DNA of 64,000 nt. It comes from Macrostomum hystrix (taxonomy: Eukaryota; Animalia; Platyhelminthes). A program made the translations under genes and the position numbers. The stretch covers positions 5,580,001-5,644,000 of the forward strand of contig CATNEN010000025.1 of the NCBI GenBank assembly GCA_950097015.1, written 5' to 3'. Positions 45,801 to 57,645 of the stretch are shown here, piece by piece. Numbering within the stretch: position 1 is the first letter of the stretch; every line of letters starts with the position of its first letter. The notes beneath the pieces are model-generated. The model saw nothing but the letters and a program-made list of their open reading frames with translations, made no database searches and was not told the origin of the DNA.

Positions 45801-48800
45801 ATCGCCTACTGAATGGCGAGGTCGGCCGCAATAGCTGCTCAAAGCTCTGCGGCAAGCCACTACTGAAGGCCATCCTAGGCCTCTGCCACAATATGGCCTG
45901 CCTCGGCAATCGCTGGCGAGCCGTTCTCATCGACAGTCGCCTCGCCGACTCGGCCGCTGTTGCAGTTCGTCGAGAAGCCGACTATTATAATCCCGGCCCG
46001 TCTTCAACCCTAATTGATGCTGACTGCGGCGTCAGCCCTGAAGAGGTTCAAGAGGTCGGATTGGCCTGCCTGACGGCGCTGGCGGTGATGCCAAAGTCGG
46101 GCAGTTCAACATTTGCAGCGTCGACTGCGTCTAGGAATCTGTCGTTGTCGGCTGCTTCGCCAGATTTTCTAGCCGCTCTGGCAAGCCTGATGCGCTCCAA
46201 GAGACTGTCGGTGGCAAGCGGAGCCGCAGAGCTGCTCGACCGACTGCGCTCAGCTTCGGCTTCTGCTGCTGCCGCCGCCGTTGCTTCTCCCCCATTGATG
46301 TCGCCGTCCGCATCGTCAGCCGTTGCTTGTTCTTCTGACAGCCGTAGTCGTCTAGTCGATAGTACAGGTCATCATCGGAAACCATATACGACTCGTTCGT
46401 CTGGCTGGGAGTACTGCGGCGTCGGGCATCGGCGTGACAGTAAGTTCCGGTTTGATTACTCACATCAGATAGTTTTGAGTTTAGATCGTGTCAGCTCAAA
46501 TCGTGTCAGTTTAGATCGTGTCAGTTCAGATTGTGTCAGTTCAGATTGTGTCAGCTTGGGTCGCGTCAGTTCAGATCGTGTCAGTTCAGATCGTGTCAGC
46601 TCAGATCGTGTCAGTTCAGATCGTTTCAAACTGTGTCAGTTCAGATTGTGTCAGCTTGGGTCGCGTCAGTTCAGATCGTGTCTGTCCAGATCGTGTCCGT
46701 TTAGATTGTGTCAGTTCAGATTTTGTCAGTTCAGATTGTGTCAGCTTGGGTCGCGTCAGTTCAGATCGTGTCAGTTCAGATCGTGTCAGTTCAGATCGTG
46801 TCAGTTCAGATCGTGTCAACTTGGGTCGTGTCAGTTTAGATCGTGTCCGTTTTGTTTATGTCAGTTCAGATTGTGTCAGTTCAGATTGTGTCAGTTCAGA
46901 TTGTGTCAGTTCAGATCGTGTCAGTTCAGATTGTGTCAGTTCAGATTGTGTCAGTTCAGATCGTGTCAGTTCAGATCGTGTCAGTTCAGATCGTGTCAGT
47001 TCAGATCGTGTCAGTTCAGATCGTGTCAGTTCAGATCGTGTCAGTTCAGATCGTGTCAACTTGGGTCGTGTCAGTTCAGATCGTGTCAGTTCAAATCGTG
47101 TCAGTTCAGATCGTGTCAGTTCAAATCGTGTCAGTTCAGATCGTGTCATTTTAGATTTGTCCTTTATACAGTTATATCTTCAATGTTTATTTCCTATCGA
47201 TAAACAGTTTTGGCCATTAATAGCAGAACTAGTCAGATTAGATTTGGTCTCATTTGCCAGTCTCATTCAAATGATAGATTCATGTTATTCTGCTTATCGA
47301 ATGGACGCCAAATTGGTCTTGACGTTACAAATAATGGCAGCAAATGAAGTCCCAAATTGATACGAATTTGCAAAAGCAAATTCAAGCAAAAGGCTAAGAT
47401 TCTATTTCAAATTCAGCCAGATAGGGTTGCCTTAATAAAACTTCAACCACCATATTCATCGCTCAATCCTTTCCTTTCAACATTTTAAGCTTCCGATGTA
47501 TTGATTTGATTGCCTATTAAGTGAAACAGGTGAAACTTTCTTATCAGGATATCATGATTGTTCAATTAGAATCTTTTGTCATTCTCCGTATTCCGCATGC
47601 GTGCAATAGTTGCAGATTCATGATTTGCAGCACAGTGTAATGCACAGATTTCCCTAATTCAACACTCTAATCGGATTGTATGCTCTTTAAAATCCTTCAA
47701 ATATTTCATCTCCTTTCAGACTTCCATCCCCTTCAAATCTCCTATCCCCTTCAATCCCTTCAAATCTTCCACCCCCTTCAAATCTTCCACCCCCTTCAAA
47801 TCTTCCATCCCCTTCAATCCCTTCAAATCTTCCACCCCCTTCAAATCTTCCACCCCCTTCAAATCTTCCACCCCCCTTTAAATCTTCCACCCCTTCAAAT
47901 CTTCCACCCTCTTCAAAGCTTCCACCCCTTCAAATCTTCCACCCCCTTCAAATCTTCCACCCCCTTCAAATCTTCCATCCCCTTCAATCCCTTCAAATCT
48001 TCCACCCCCTTCAAATCTTCCACCCCCTTCAAATCTTCCACCCCTTCAAATCTTCCACCCTCTTCAAAGCTTCCACCCCTTCAAATCTCCCATCCCCTTC
48101 AAATCTTCCACCCCTTCAAATCTTCCACCCTCTTCAAATCTTCCACCCCCTTCAAATCTCCCACCCCCTTCAAATCTCCCATCCCCTTCAAATCTCCCAT
48201 CCCCTTCCATCCCTTCAAATCTTCCACCCCCTTCAAATCTTCCACCCCCTTCAAATCTCCCATCCCCTTCAAATCTTCCACCCCTTCAAATCTTCCACCC
48301 CCTTCAAATCTTCCACCCCCTTCAAATCTCCCATCCCCTTCAAATCTTCCACCCCTTCAAATCTTCCACCCCCTTCAAATCTTCCACCCCCTTCAAATCT
48401 CCCATCCCCTTCAAATCTCCCATCCCCTTCCATCCCTTCAAATCTTCCACCCCCTTCAAATCTTCCACCCCCTTCAAATCTTCCACCCCCTTCAAATCTC
48501 CCACCCCCTTCAAATCTTCCACCCTCTTCAAATCTTCCACCCCCTTCAAATCTTCCACCCCCTTCAAATCTCCCACCCACTTCAAATCTCCCACCCTCTT
48601 CAAATCTTCCACCCCCTTTAAATCTTCCACCCCTTCAAATCTTCCACCCTCTTCAAAGCTTCCACCCCTTCAAATCTTCCACCCCCTTCAAATCTTCCAC
48701 CCCCTTCAAATCTTCCATCCCCTTCAATCCCTTCAAATCTTCCACCCCCTTCAAATCTTCCACCCCCTTCAAATCTTCCACCCCTTCAAATCTTCCACCC

Positions 48801-51800
48801 TCTTCAAAGCTTCCACCCCTTCAAATCTCCCATCCCCTTCAAATCTTCCACCCCTTCAAATCTTCCACCCTCTTCAAATCTTCCACCCCCTTCAAATCTC
48901 CCACCCCCTTCAAATCTCCCACCCCCTTCAAATCTCCCATCCCCTTCCATCCCTTCAAATCTTCCACCCCCTTCAAATCTTCCACCCCCTTCAAATCTCC
49001 CATCCCCTTCAAATCTTCCACCCCTTCAAATCTTCCACCCCCTTCAAATCTTCCACCCCCTTCAAATCTCCCATCCCCTTCAAATCTTCCACCCCTTCAA
49101 ATCTTCCACCCCCTTCAAATCTTCCACCCCCTTCAAATCTCCCATCCCCTTCAAATCTCCCATCCCCTTCCATCCCTTCAAATCTTCCACCCCCTTCAAA
49201 TCTTCCACCCCCTTCAAATCTTCCACCCCCTTCAAATCTTCCACCCCCTTCAAATCTCCCACCCCCTTCAAATCTTCCACCCTCTTCAAATCTTCCACCC
49301 CCTTCAAATCTTCCACCCCCTTCAAATCTCCCACCCACTTCAAATCTCCCACCCTCTTCAAATCTTCCACCCCCTTCAAATCTTCCATCCCCTTCAAATC
49401 TTCCACCCCCTTCAAATCTCCCACCCCCTTCAAATCTCCCATCCCCTTCAAATCTCCCATCCCCTTCCATCCCTTCAAATCTTCCACCCCCTTCAAATCT
49501 TCCACCCCCTTCAAATCTCCCATCCCCTTCAAATCTTTCACCCCTTCAAATCTTCCACCCTCTTCAAATCTTCCACCCCCTTCAAACCTCCCCCCCCCTT
49601 CAAATCTCCCACCCTCTTCAAATCTTCTACCCCCTTCAAATCTTCCATCCCCTTCAAATCTTCCACCCCCTTCAAATCTCCCACCCCCTTCAAATCTCCC
49701 ACCCTCTTCAAATCTCCCATCCCCTTCAAATCTTCCACCCTCTTCAAATCTTCCACCCCCTTCAAATCTTCCTCCCCTTCAAATCTTCCACCCTCTTCAA
49801 ATCTTTCATCCCTTAAAATCTTTCATCCCTTCAAATCTCCCACCCCCTTCAAATCTTCTATCCCTTCAAATCTTCCACCCCTTCAAATCTTTCATCCCTT
49901 CAAATCTTCCATCCCTTAAAATCTTCCATCCCTTCAAATCTTCCACCCTCTTCAAATCTTTCATCCCTTAAAATCTTTCATCCCTTCAAATCTTCCACCC
50001 CCTTCAAATCTTCTATCCCTTCAAATCTTCATCCCCTTCAAATCTTTCATCCCTTCAAATCTTCCATCCCTTCAAATCTTCCATCCCTTCAAATCTTCCA
50101 CCCCTTCAAATCTTCCACCCCCTTCAAATCTTCCACCCCCTTAAAATCTTTCATCCCTTCAAATCTTCCACCCCCTTCAAATCTTCTATCCCTTCAAATC
50201 TTCATCCCCTTCAAATCTTTCATCCCTTCAAATCTTCCATCCCTTCAAATCTTCCATCCCTTCAAATCTTCCACCCCTTCAAATCTTCCACCCCCTTCAA
50301 ATCTTCCACCCCCTTCAAATCTTTCATCCCTTCAAATCTTCCACCCCTTAAAATCTTCCACCCCTTCAAATCTTCCACCCCCTTCAAATCTTCCACCCCC
50401 TTCAAATCTTTCATCCCTTCAAATCTTCCATCTCTTCAAATCTTCCACCCCTTTAAATCTTCCACCCCCTTCAAATCTTCCACCCCCTTCAAATCTTCCA
50501 CCCCCTTCAAATCTTCCACTCCCTTTAAATCTTCCACCCCCTTCAAATCTTCCATCCCTTCAAATCTTCCACCCCCTTCAAATCTTCCATCCCTTCAAAT
50601 CTTCCACCCTCTTCAAATCTTCCACCCTCTTCAAATCTTCCACCCTCTTCAAATCTTCCATCCCTTCAAATCTTCCACCCCCTTTAAATCTTCCATCCCT
50701 TCAAATCTTCCACCCCCTTCAAATCTCCCATCCCCTTCAAATCTTCTATCCCTTCAAATCTTCATCCCCTTCAAATCTTTCATCCCTTCAAATCTTCCAT
50801 CCCTTCAAATCTTCCATCCCTTCAAATCTTCCACCCCTTCAAATCTTCCACCCCCTTCAAATCTTCCACCCCCTTAAAATCTTTCATCCCTTCAAATCTT
50901 CCACCCCCTTCAAATCTTCTATCCCTTCAAATCTTCATCCCCTTCAAATCTTTCATCCCTTCAAATCTTCCATCCCTTCAAATCTTCCATCCCTTCAAAT
51001 CTTCCACCCCTTCAAATCTTCCACCCCCTTCAAATCTTCATCCCCTTCAAATCTTTCATCCCTTCAAATCTTCCATCCCTTCAAATCTTCCATCCCTTCA
51101 AATCTTCCACCCCCTTCAAATCTTCCACCCCCTTCAAATCTTTCATCCCTTCAAATCTTCCATCTCTTCAAATCTTCCACCCCTTTAAATCTTCCACCCC
51201 CTTCAAATCTTCCACCCCCTTCAAATCTTCCACCCCCTTCAAATCTTCCACTCCCTTTAAATCTTCCACCCCCTTCAAATCTTCCATCCCTTCAAATCTT
51301 CCACCCCCTTCAAATCTTCCATCCCTTCAAATCTTCCACCCTCTTCAAATCTTCCACCCTCTTCAAATCTTCCACCCTCTTCAAATCTTCCATCCCTTCA
51401 AATCTTCCACCCCCTTCAAATCTTCCATCCCTTCAAATCTTCCACCCCCTTCAAATCTTCCATCCCTTCAAATCTTCCACCCCCTTCAAATCTTCCACCC
51501 CCTTCAAATCTTTCATCCCTTCAAATCTTCCATCTCTTCAAATCTTCCACCCCTTTAAATCTTCCACCCCCTTCAAATCTTCCACCCCCTTCAAATCTTC
51601 CACCCCCTTCAAATCTTCCACTCCCTTTAAATCTTCCACCCCCTTCAAATCTTCCATCCCTTTAAATCTTCCATCCCTTCAAATCTTCCACCCCCTTCAA
51701 ATCTTCCATCCCTTTAAATCTTCCACCCCCTTCAAATCTTCCATCCCTTCAAATCTTCCACCCTCTTCAAATCTTCCATCCCTTCAAATCTTCCACCCTC

Positions 51801-52771
51801 TTCACATCTGCTTATTCAGTTTCTGGCCATAATATAATGGCTCTAGAAATTTCAAGTAATTTTGAATTTGTTTCATGTAATAAATATTGTATTACTTTTA
51901 TCATTGCACGCTGTGTACTGAAGTAAGTGACAGAATCTATAAGTAAAATATTGGTATATAATGAGCGTTTATTAAGTTTTCTAGTCCAAAACTTTAAATT
52001 TTCATAAAATACTGAAAAGAGAGGGTTGTAGACTAGTGTTTCGGCTCAAGACTTGAAGGTCGGGGGTTCGATTCTCGACTACACAAGAACAATCTGTGTC
52101 CTTTAGCAAGACACTTAACTCTGCTTGGCTTCAGTTCACCCAGCTGTTAAATAGGTACCAGCATCAGCTGGGGTAATTGAGGCTGGGTGTGGCGTCCCCC
52201 CAGTCCATGGACTGAACAGCCGTACGCTGCCTTCAGAGGCGCCGCACAATAGTTGCGGCTGTGCTGTCGGCTGCACATCTGACCCAATTAGTGCTGGCGT
52301 AATCAATTATTGTTACTATCATTCAAATGCTTCATCGGAAGGGATTTTCCATGAAAAGTATTATAAACAATCCTTATAGCAGACTGAATCATCATTTTTT
52401 AATGAAAATCTACTATGCGTACATATTTACATGATTTCACTCGATCAACTGGTCAATTATTTTGCTTAAGCTGCGCTAAGCACGTGACTCTTAAAATTGA
52501 TTTATATATAGTTAAATCAACTAATAGCATTACTAAAAGCTGGCTTTTAATTTTCAAGTTTTTTGTTAAAATTGTAGCTCAATGCAGCAGCGGCAGCACT
52601 AGCGATAAAATCACGGATTTTTCTTCTCTGGCCAGCTATTTCAAAGGCCAGAGCAGCAGTTTCAATCGTTGCACTCTGCGCTGCTGCCAGGCTCAGCAGA
52701 GGCGCCAGTATGCTTACAGCTATCGGCAGCAGGCTTGTTGGACTGCGACTACTCTAGGCAATGGACATTAG
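42850..52771 (+). CDS. CTNNB1-like: Divergent beta-catenin/armadillo-family protein; exons 42850-43352, 43670-43875, 44433-44762, 45061-45317, 45749-46439, and probably 52578-52771
   Basis: RLRQAFFP ~ RVRAAMFP; [22 protein letters not shown] ~ [22 protein letters not shown]; [14 protein letters not shown] ~ DCLQILAYGNQESK; CLWPLRNLS; [10 protein letters not shown]; [12 protein letters not shown]. Phases join throughout. The last exon is supported only by phase-1 compatibility across a 6.1-kb intron, so it is less certain. Confidence 0.85.
43962..44170 (+). mobile_element. SINE family 1 copy (beta-catenin-like intron 2)
   Basis: Same B-box and CORE-like block; palindrome at 44110-44123. Confidence 0.78.
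44779..44995 (+). mobile_element. SINE family 2 partial copy (beta-catenin-like intron 3)
   Basis: AGTGTACACTGCCTGACGATGAGAA..TCAGGGCAGATGTACA..TGTGGGTCTAGT..ATGATGTGCCATTG is the reverse complement of blocks in 42375-42510. Confidence 0.65.
45395..45595. repeat. Minisatellite, 22-bp unit CATGAGATCTAACCCAATCTCA (beta-catenin-like intron 4)
   Basis: Direct reading, ~9 copies. Confidence 0.9.
46475..47150. repeat. Minisatellite, 15-bp unit TCAGTTCAGATCGTG
   Basis: Direct reading; starts about 35 nt after the donor at 46440. Confidence 0.95.
47700..51805. repeat. Large ~4.1-kb satellite, 17-18-bp unit CCCCTTCAAATCTTCCAC
   Basis: Direct reading; strongly pyrimidine/C-rich on +; block duplication at a 740-bp offset. 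Confidence 0.97.
52025..52320 (+). mobile_element. SINE family 1 copy (in last beta-catenin-like intron)
   Basis: GGTTCGATTCTC B-box; GCAAGACACTTAACTCT..CTTCAGTTCACCCAGCTGTTAAAT resembles the MIR CORE; palindrome at 52201-52214. Confidence 0.8.
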
Positions 52772-53216
52772 AAATCCTCATTCTTAAGCAGTAGAAAGAC
52801 TGACACTGTTTTCCCCATAAACACCACGGGGTATTTCAAATACGACAGCTCCCAAACCGAATGACCGATTTTCGTGAAAGTCCACGAGTTCTTGAAAGTT
52901 CTTGAATGGGAAAAATGTGGAGTGTTTGAAATACCCCCCTGGTGGTGTCTCTATTGTTGACTATTTTTTGTTAATGTTAAACTTAATCTTAAATTTACTA
53001 GGTCAAATTCGCTTATCTGTTTTTCTGAGACGCATTAGGTCAGCAAGTATTTACTATCAAATCAAATTCTCGAGTTGATTTCTCCTCCGAAGGAGTAGTT
53101 CCGCTCGTGCTATGTAAGGGGTTAGTAAAGCCTTCTTTGTGCATGTAAGACACGAAATCATGTCAAACAGTGCACTCATTAATTCTATTTTAACTTCTTT
53201 TTTTTAAACTGCACAG

Positions 53217-53735
53217 TTTTAACAGTAGAACTACCATGGGGGGTTTTCCCTGACACCCGAACGGAACAATGCAAGCACACGAAACTCAAGAACACGGGCC
53301 AACTTTTTGTTGCGCATCTTCTGAAATAAGAAACAAGTCGCCAGCTCTTCAGACCGTCGAGATATTCAATGTTTCTGGCCGAATGTCCGATTTTTTCCAT
53401 AAGAGCTAGTGTATTTCATACACCCCTCAGTGGGGCCTTGCCAGGCCTTCAAAATTTACAGCATGTCACCCGAGTGTGCCTGCATCATCTCCGTCTTCGG
53501 TGGTCACCTACCTTTATCTAGACGCACTGCTGGACCTTCAAGGGCTACAACAGGTGCAACTAGGCCACTATGAACACCCTGACGCGAATTTCTCAAATTT
53601 CAATGCTCAAGCCAAAATATTAGGCGCAGCTCAACCACAGGACACCATCGCCTAGTCTGTCAACCAATCAGTCACCACCCAACGCTGTTAGCATTCGGGC
53701 GCTGCCAAAAAAATTGTCTGGGGCCTTGGTATAAA
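53217..53735. mobile_element. Non-autonomous TIR element (MITE-like), copy 1
   Basis: About 400 bp of colinear homology with 60855-61274. The right end AAAAAATTGTCTGGGGCCTTGGTAT is the inverse of the left end of copy 2. Confidence 0.6.
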
Positions 53736-54489
53736 AACGGGCGGCAAAATGGCTTGGTAGTCCTGCTGTTAATTATTTTTTTAATTTGCGCCGAAATCGC
53801 TTCAATTTTTTCTCTAATTTTATAAACAAAATGTATACACCCACGCTATTCCTTTACTGCAAGTAGCTATGCAAATTTACTGAATTAATCGAATTATACT
53901 CGTAATTTACTGTTTCTATGTGCAATCATTTATTCTTGTCTTCAAACAGTTGCCACAAGTCAGTCAATAAATGCTCATTGTTTTTTTTCTTCAATTGCAG
54001 CTTTTGTAGCAAGATGTTTTTTAGTGTCACACTGCAATCTCAGCAAATTTATGCAAAACACATTTATTACTAGTTTCTTACTTAGTCGCGTACTCAACTG
54101 CAACAGATTTAACGGCCAGGTTTTCTGTTGTTGAAATTTTGCCATTCGATGTTTTACTTAAACCAGCTATATCTCAAAAGTATTTGTATTTTTGTGCAAT
54201 GATCTTTTAAAAAATATATATATATATACAATTACCAGTAAAAAAATGTATGAGTATGTTTTCAGCTTGGCTTCATTCGTTCTAAACGCGAATCGCAACA
54301 ATTTATACTACTTATTAAATTTATCGCCGTTGCCCAATTTTGGGAAAGTATTATGATTCTTTGATCAATGATTTTTTTAATTGTTTTCTAATATTGTAAC
54401 TTTAATAATCAGAGGTTGAAAAATATAAGCATATAGAAGTTATTTCAACAGGTTTTTTAAATACTGCTTGGACTTTTCAGTTTCTTTGG

Positions 54490-55470
54490 CCACCCACCTC
54501 ACTCCTTCCGTTTCTGCCGACACCACCTCACTCCTTCCTTTTCAATCGACACCCACCTCACTCCTTCCTTTTCAATCGACACCCACCTCACTCCTTCCGT
54601 TTCTGCCGACAGCCACCTCACTCCTTCCTTTTCAATCGACACCCACCTCACTCCTTCCTTTTCAATCGACACCCACCTCACTCCTTCCGTTTCTGCCGAC
54701 ACCCACCTCACTCCTTCCTTTTCTGTCGACACCCACCTCACTCCTTCCGTTTCTGCCGACACCCACCTCACTCCTTCCTTTTCTATCGACACCCACCTCA
54801 CTCCTCCGTTACTATCGACACCCACCTCACTCCTTCCGTTACTTTCGACGCCCACCTCACTCTTTCCTTTTCTATCGACACCCACCTCACTCCTTTTGTT
54901 TCCATCGACACCCATCGCCACACTCCTTCCGATACTATCGACACCAACCTCATTCCTTCCTTTTCTATCGACACCCACCTCACTCCTTCCGTTACTATCG
55001 ACACCAACCTCGCTCCTTTCGTTACTATCGACACCAACCTCACTCCTTCCGTTTCCATCGACACCCACCTCACTCCTTCCTTTTCTATCGACACCCACCT
55101 CACTCCTTCCGTTACTTTCGACGCCCACCTCACTCTTTCCTTTTCTATCGACACCCACCTCACTCCTTTTGTTTCCATCGACACCCATCGCCACACTCCT
55201 TCCGATACTATCGACACCAACCTCATTCCTTCCTTTTCTATCGACACCCACCTCACTCCTTCCGTTACTATCGACACCAACCTCGCTCCTTTCGTTACTA
55301 TCGACACCAACCTCACTCCTTCCGTTTCCATCGACACCCACCTCACTCCTTCCTTTTCTATCCACACCCACCTCACTCATTCTTTTTCTGCCGACACAAC
55401 CTCACTTCTTCCGTTACTATCGACACCCACCTCACCCCTTCTGTTTCTACTGACACCCACCTCACTCCAT
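54490..55470. repeat. Minisatellite, 30-bp unit CGACACCCACCTCACTCCTTCCTTTTCTAT (upstream of FUNDC)
   Basis: Direct reading; ~273-bp higher-order duplication. Confidence 0.95.
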
Positions 55471-55557
55471 TCTGTATTATTACAAAGCCAGCCAACTCAC
55501 TCCAATCGATTTACACGGTCAGTCCATCCACACCCCAAAATAACATTTCTCTTCCAG

Positions 55558-56061
55558 ACCCAGCATAGCACAAACCAAGAGCCCGGCCAGGAAGATCCGG
55601 CCGACGATCTTCTTGCGCCGCCGCCTTCGCACAGCGATGCCAGTAACAACCATAGCTTCGATTCGAGCAGCGGCGTTAGCAATCAACTGGCCGCTGCGGC
55701 CGCCGAAGCCTCTCGCCGATTGGCCAGCGCTACGCCCGGCCAGCAGGCTATGATTGGCGGAGCCGGCGGCTGTTTCACCGGCTACCTGATTGGTCGGGTC
55801 GGCCGCACAGCGGCGCTAGCCGTTGGCGGCGGGATAATCTGCCTACACTTGGCCCAACAACGCGGCTTTATAACCGTCAACTGGGCCAGACTGAACCAGA
55901 TTCGCCAAAGTTTCGTTCGCGACGCTGAAGCCGCCGCCGCGGTCGGCGGCGGAGGCGGCTTCGCACTGATTGAACGGGCCAGACAGTTTGTTGTCGGACC
56001 CAACGCCTGCTTTGGCACTACATTTGTTGGAGGCTTCTTTATTGGACTGGCCTTTGCCTGA
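55558..56061 (+). CDS. FUNDC1: FUN14-domain (FUNDC1/2-like) mitochondrial outer-membrane protein; start codon not found in the genomic sequence
   Basis: QAMIGGAGGCFTGYLIGRVGRTAALAVGGGIICLHLAQQRGFITVNW...FVGGFFIGLA matches FUN14. The frame is open from the acceptor TTTCTCTTCCAG (ends 55557). Confidence 0.85.
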   Translation, partial: TQHSTNQEPGQEDPADDLLAPPPSHSDASNNHSFDSSSGVSNQLAAAAAEASRRLASATPGQQAMIGGAGGCFTGYLIGRVGRTAALAVGGGIICLHLAQQRGFITVNWARLNQIRQSFVRDAEAAAAVGGGGGFALIERARQFVVGPNACFGTTFVGGFFIGLAFA

Positions 56062-56177
56062 ACACTCGCACTGCCATTTAGGATAAATCTTATCGTTCTT
56101 GTGCTTTCGTCTATCTTTTTGACGTCATAGGAAGGGATTGGGGACAATTTCTTGTTGACGTTGAGGAATTTTTGTTT

Positions 56178-56525
56178 GGGTATGGGATTAGGCCTTGTTG
56201 GGGTATGGGATTAGGCCTTGTTGGGGTATGGGATTAGGCCTTGTTGAGGTATGGGATTAGGCCTCGTTAATGGTAGGGGATTAGGCCTCGTTAATGGTAG
56301 GGGATTAGGTCTTGCTGAGGTATGGGATTAGGCTTTGTTGAGGTATGGGATTAGGCTTTGTTGAGGTATGGGATTAGGCTTTGTTGAGGTATGGGATTAG
56401 GCTTTGTTGAGGTATGGGATTAGGCTTTGCTGAGGTATGGGATTAGACTTTGCTGAGGTATGGGATTAGGCCTTGTTGAGGTATGGGATTAGGCCTTGTT
56501 GAGGTATAGGATTAGGCCTTGTTGA
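56178..56525. repeat. Minisatellite, ~23-bp unit GAGGTATGGGATTAGGCTTTGTT
   Basis: Direct reading. Confidence 0.93.
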
Positions 56526-56882
56526 GCTTGAGAATGGGTTTAATGTTAATAATTAAATTATGTAAGATTCCGAATTGTTCAAATCAAGCTTAGTTTGTTA
56601 GTATGCACTTTAGCAGTTTGTTATTAGTGTCTATTGTGTATAATTTGTGTATAATGTTTGCATGTTATAATTGCTTTAAAAATAAAGGAATTTCAGAGTA
56701 TGTCTACAACTTACCATTCGAATCGAGTCAGCGACCTGTTCAATTTGTACTTTTAATAGTTATCGTTTCAGCAAAGTCATTGTTTGTCATATTTTTTTTA
56801 TATTACTGACCTTAAGAACTTTCTTTTAAGTTGGCTCTATTATTGCACCTTAGTTCGAGTACTGGAATGATTCGATTCATCC

Positions 56883-57645
56883 CGTCACTCACACAGCCTC
56901 TCCTGTCACTCACACAGCCTCTCCTGTCACTCACACAGCCTCTCCTGTCACTCACACAGCCTCTCCTGTCACTCACACAGCCTCCACTGTCACTCACACA
57001 GCCTCCACTGTCACTCACACAGCCTCCCTGTCACTCACACAGCCTCCACTGTCACTCACACAGCCTCCCTGTCACTCACACAGCCTCTCCTGTCACTCAC
57101 ACAGCCTCCCTGTCACTCACACAGCCTCCCTGTCACTCACACAGCCTCCCCTGTCACTCACACAGCCTCCCCTGTCACTCACACAGCCTCCCCTGTCACT
57201 CACACAGCCTCCACTGTCACTCACACAGCCTCCCTGTCACTCACACAGCCTCCCCTGTCACTCACACAGCCTCCCCTGTCACTCACACAGCCTCCACTGT
57301 CACTCACACAGCCTCCCCTGTCACTCACACAGCCTCCCCTGTCACTCACACAGCCTCCCCTGTCACTCACACAGCCTCCACTGTCACTCACACAGCCTCC
57401 CTGTCACTCACACAGCCTCCCTGTCACTCACACAGCCTCCCTGTCACTCACACAGCCTCCTTGTCACTCACACAGCCTCCTTGTCACTCACACAGCCTCC
57501 CTGTCACTCACACAGCCTCCTTGTCACTCACACAGCCTCCTTGTCACTCACACAGCCTCCCTGTCACTCACACAGCCTCCCTGTCACTCACACAGCCTCC
57601 ACTGTCACTCGCGCAGCCTCCCCTGTCACTCGCGCAGCCTTCCCT
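56883..57645. repeat. Minisatellite, 20-21-bp unit TGTCACTCACACAGCCTCCC
   Basis: Direct reading. Confidence 0.95.

Noticed and set aside
46440-47360. C-terminal extension of ORF 45797-47203 (SSDRV/CQFRS repeats)
   Set aside because: It lies after a consensus donor (GTAAGT at 46440) and is the 15-bp array.
52540-52760. Minus-strand open frame [20 protein letters not shown]...
   Set aside because: An in-frame stop follows MSIA and there is no - strand gene context; the + strand reading fits as the phase-1 last exon of the beta-catenin-like gene.
53640-53670. Helitron 3' end (CTAG|T) for the 53.2/60.9-kb repeat
   Set aside because: Homology continues past the CTAG in both copies, and inverted ends fit a TIR element better.
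56178-56525. Telomeric repeat (TTAGG within the unit)
   Set aside because: TTAGG is only part of a 23-bp unit, not a tandem telomeric run.
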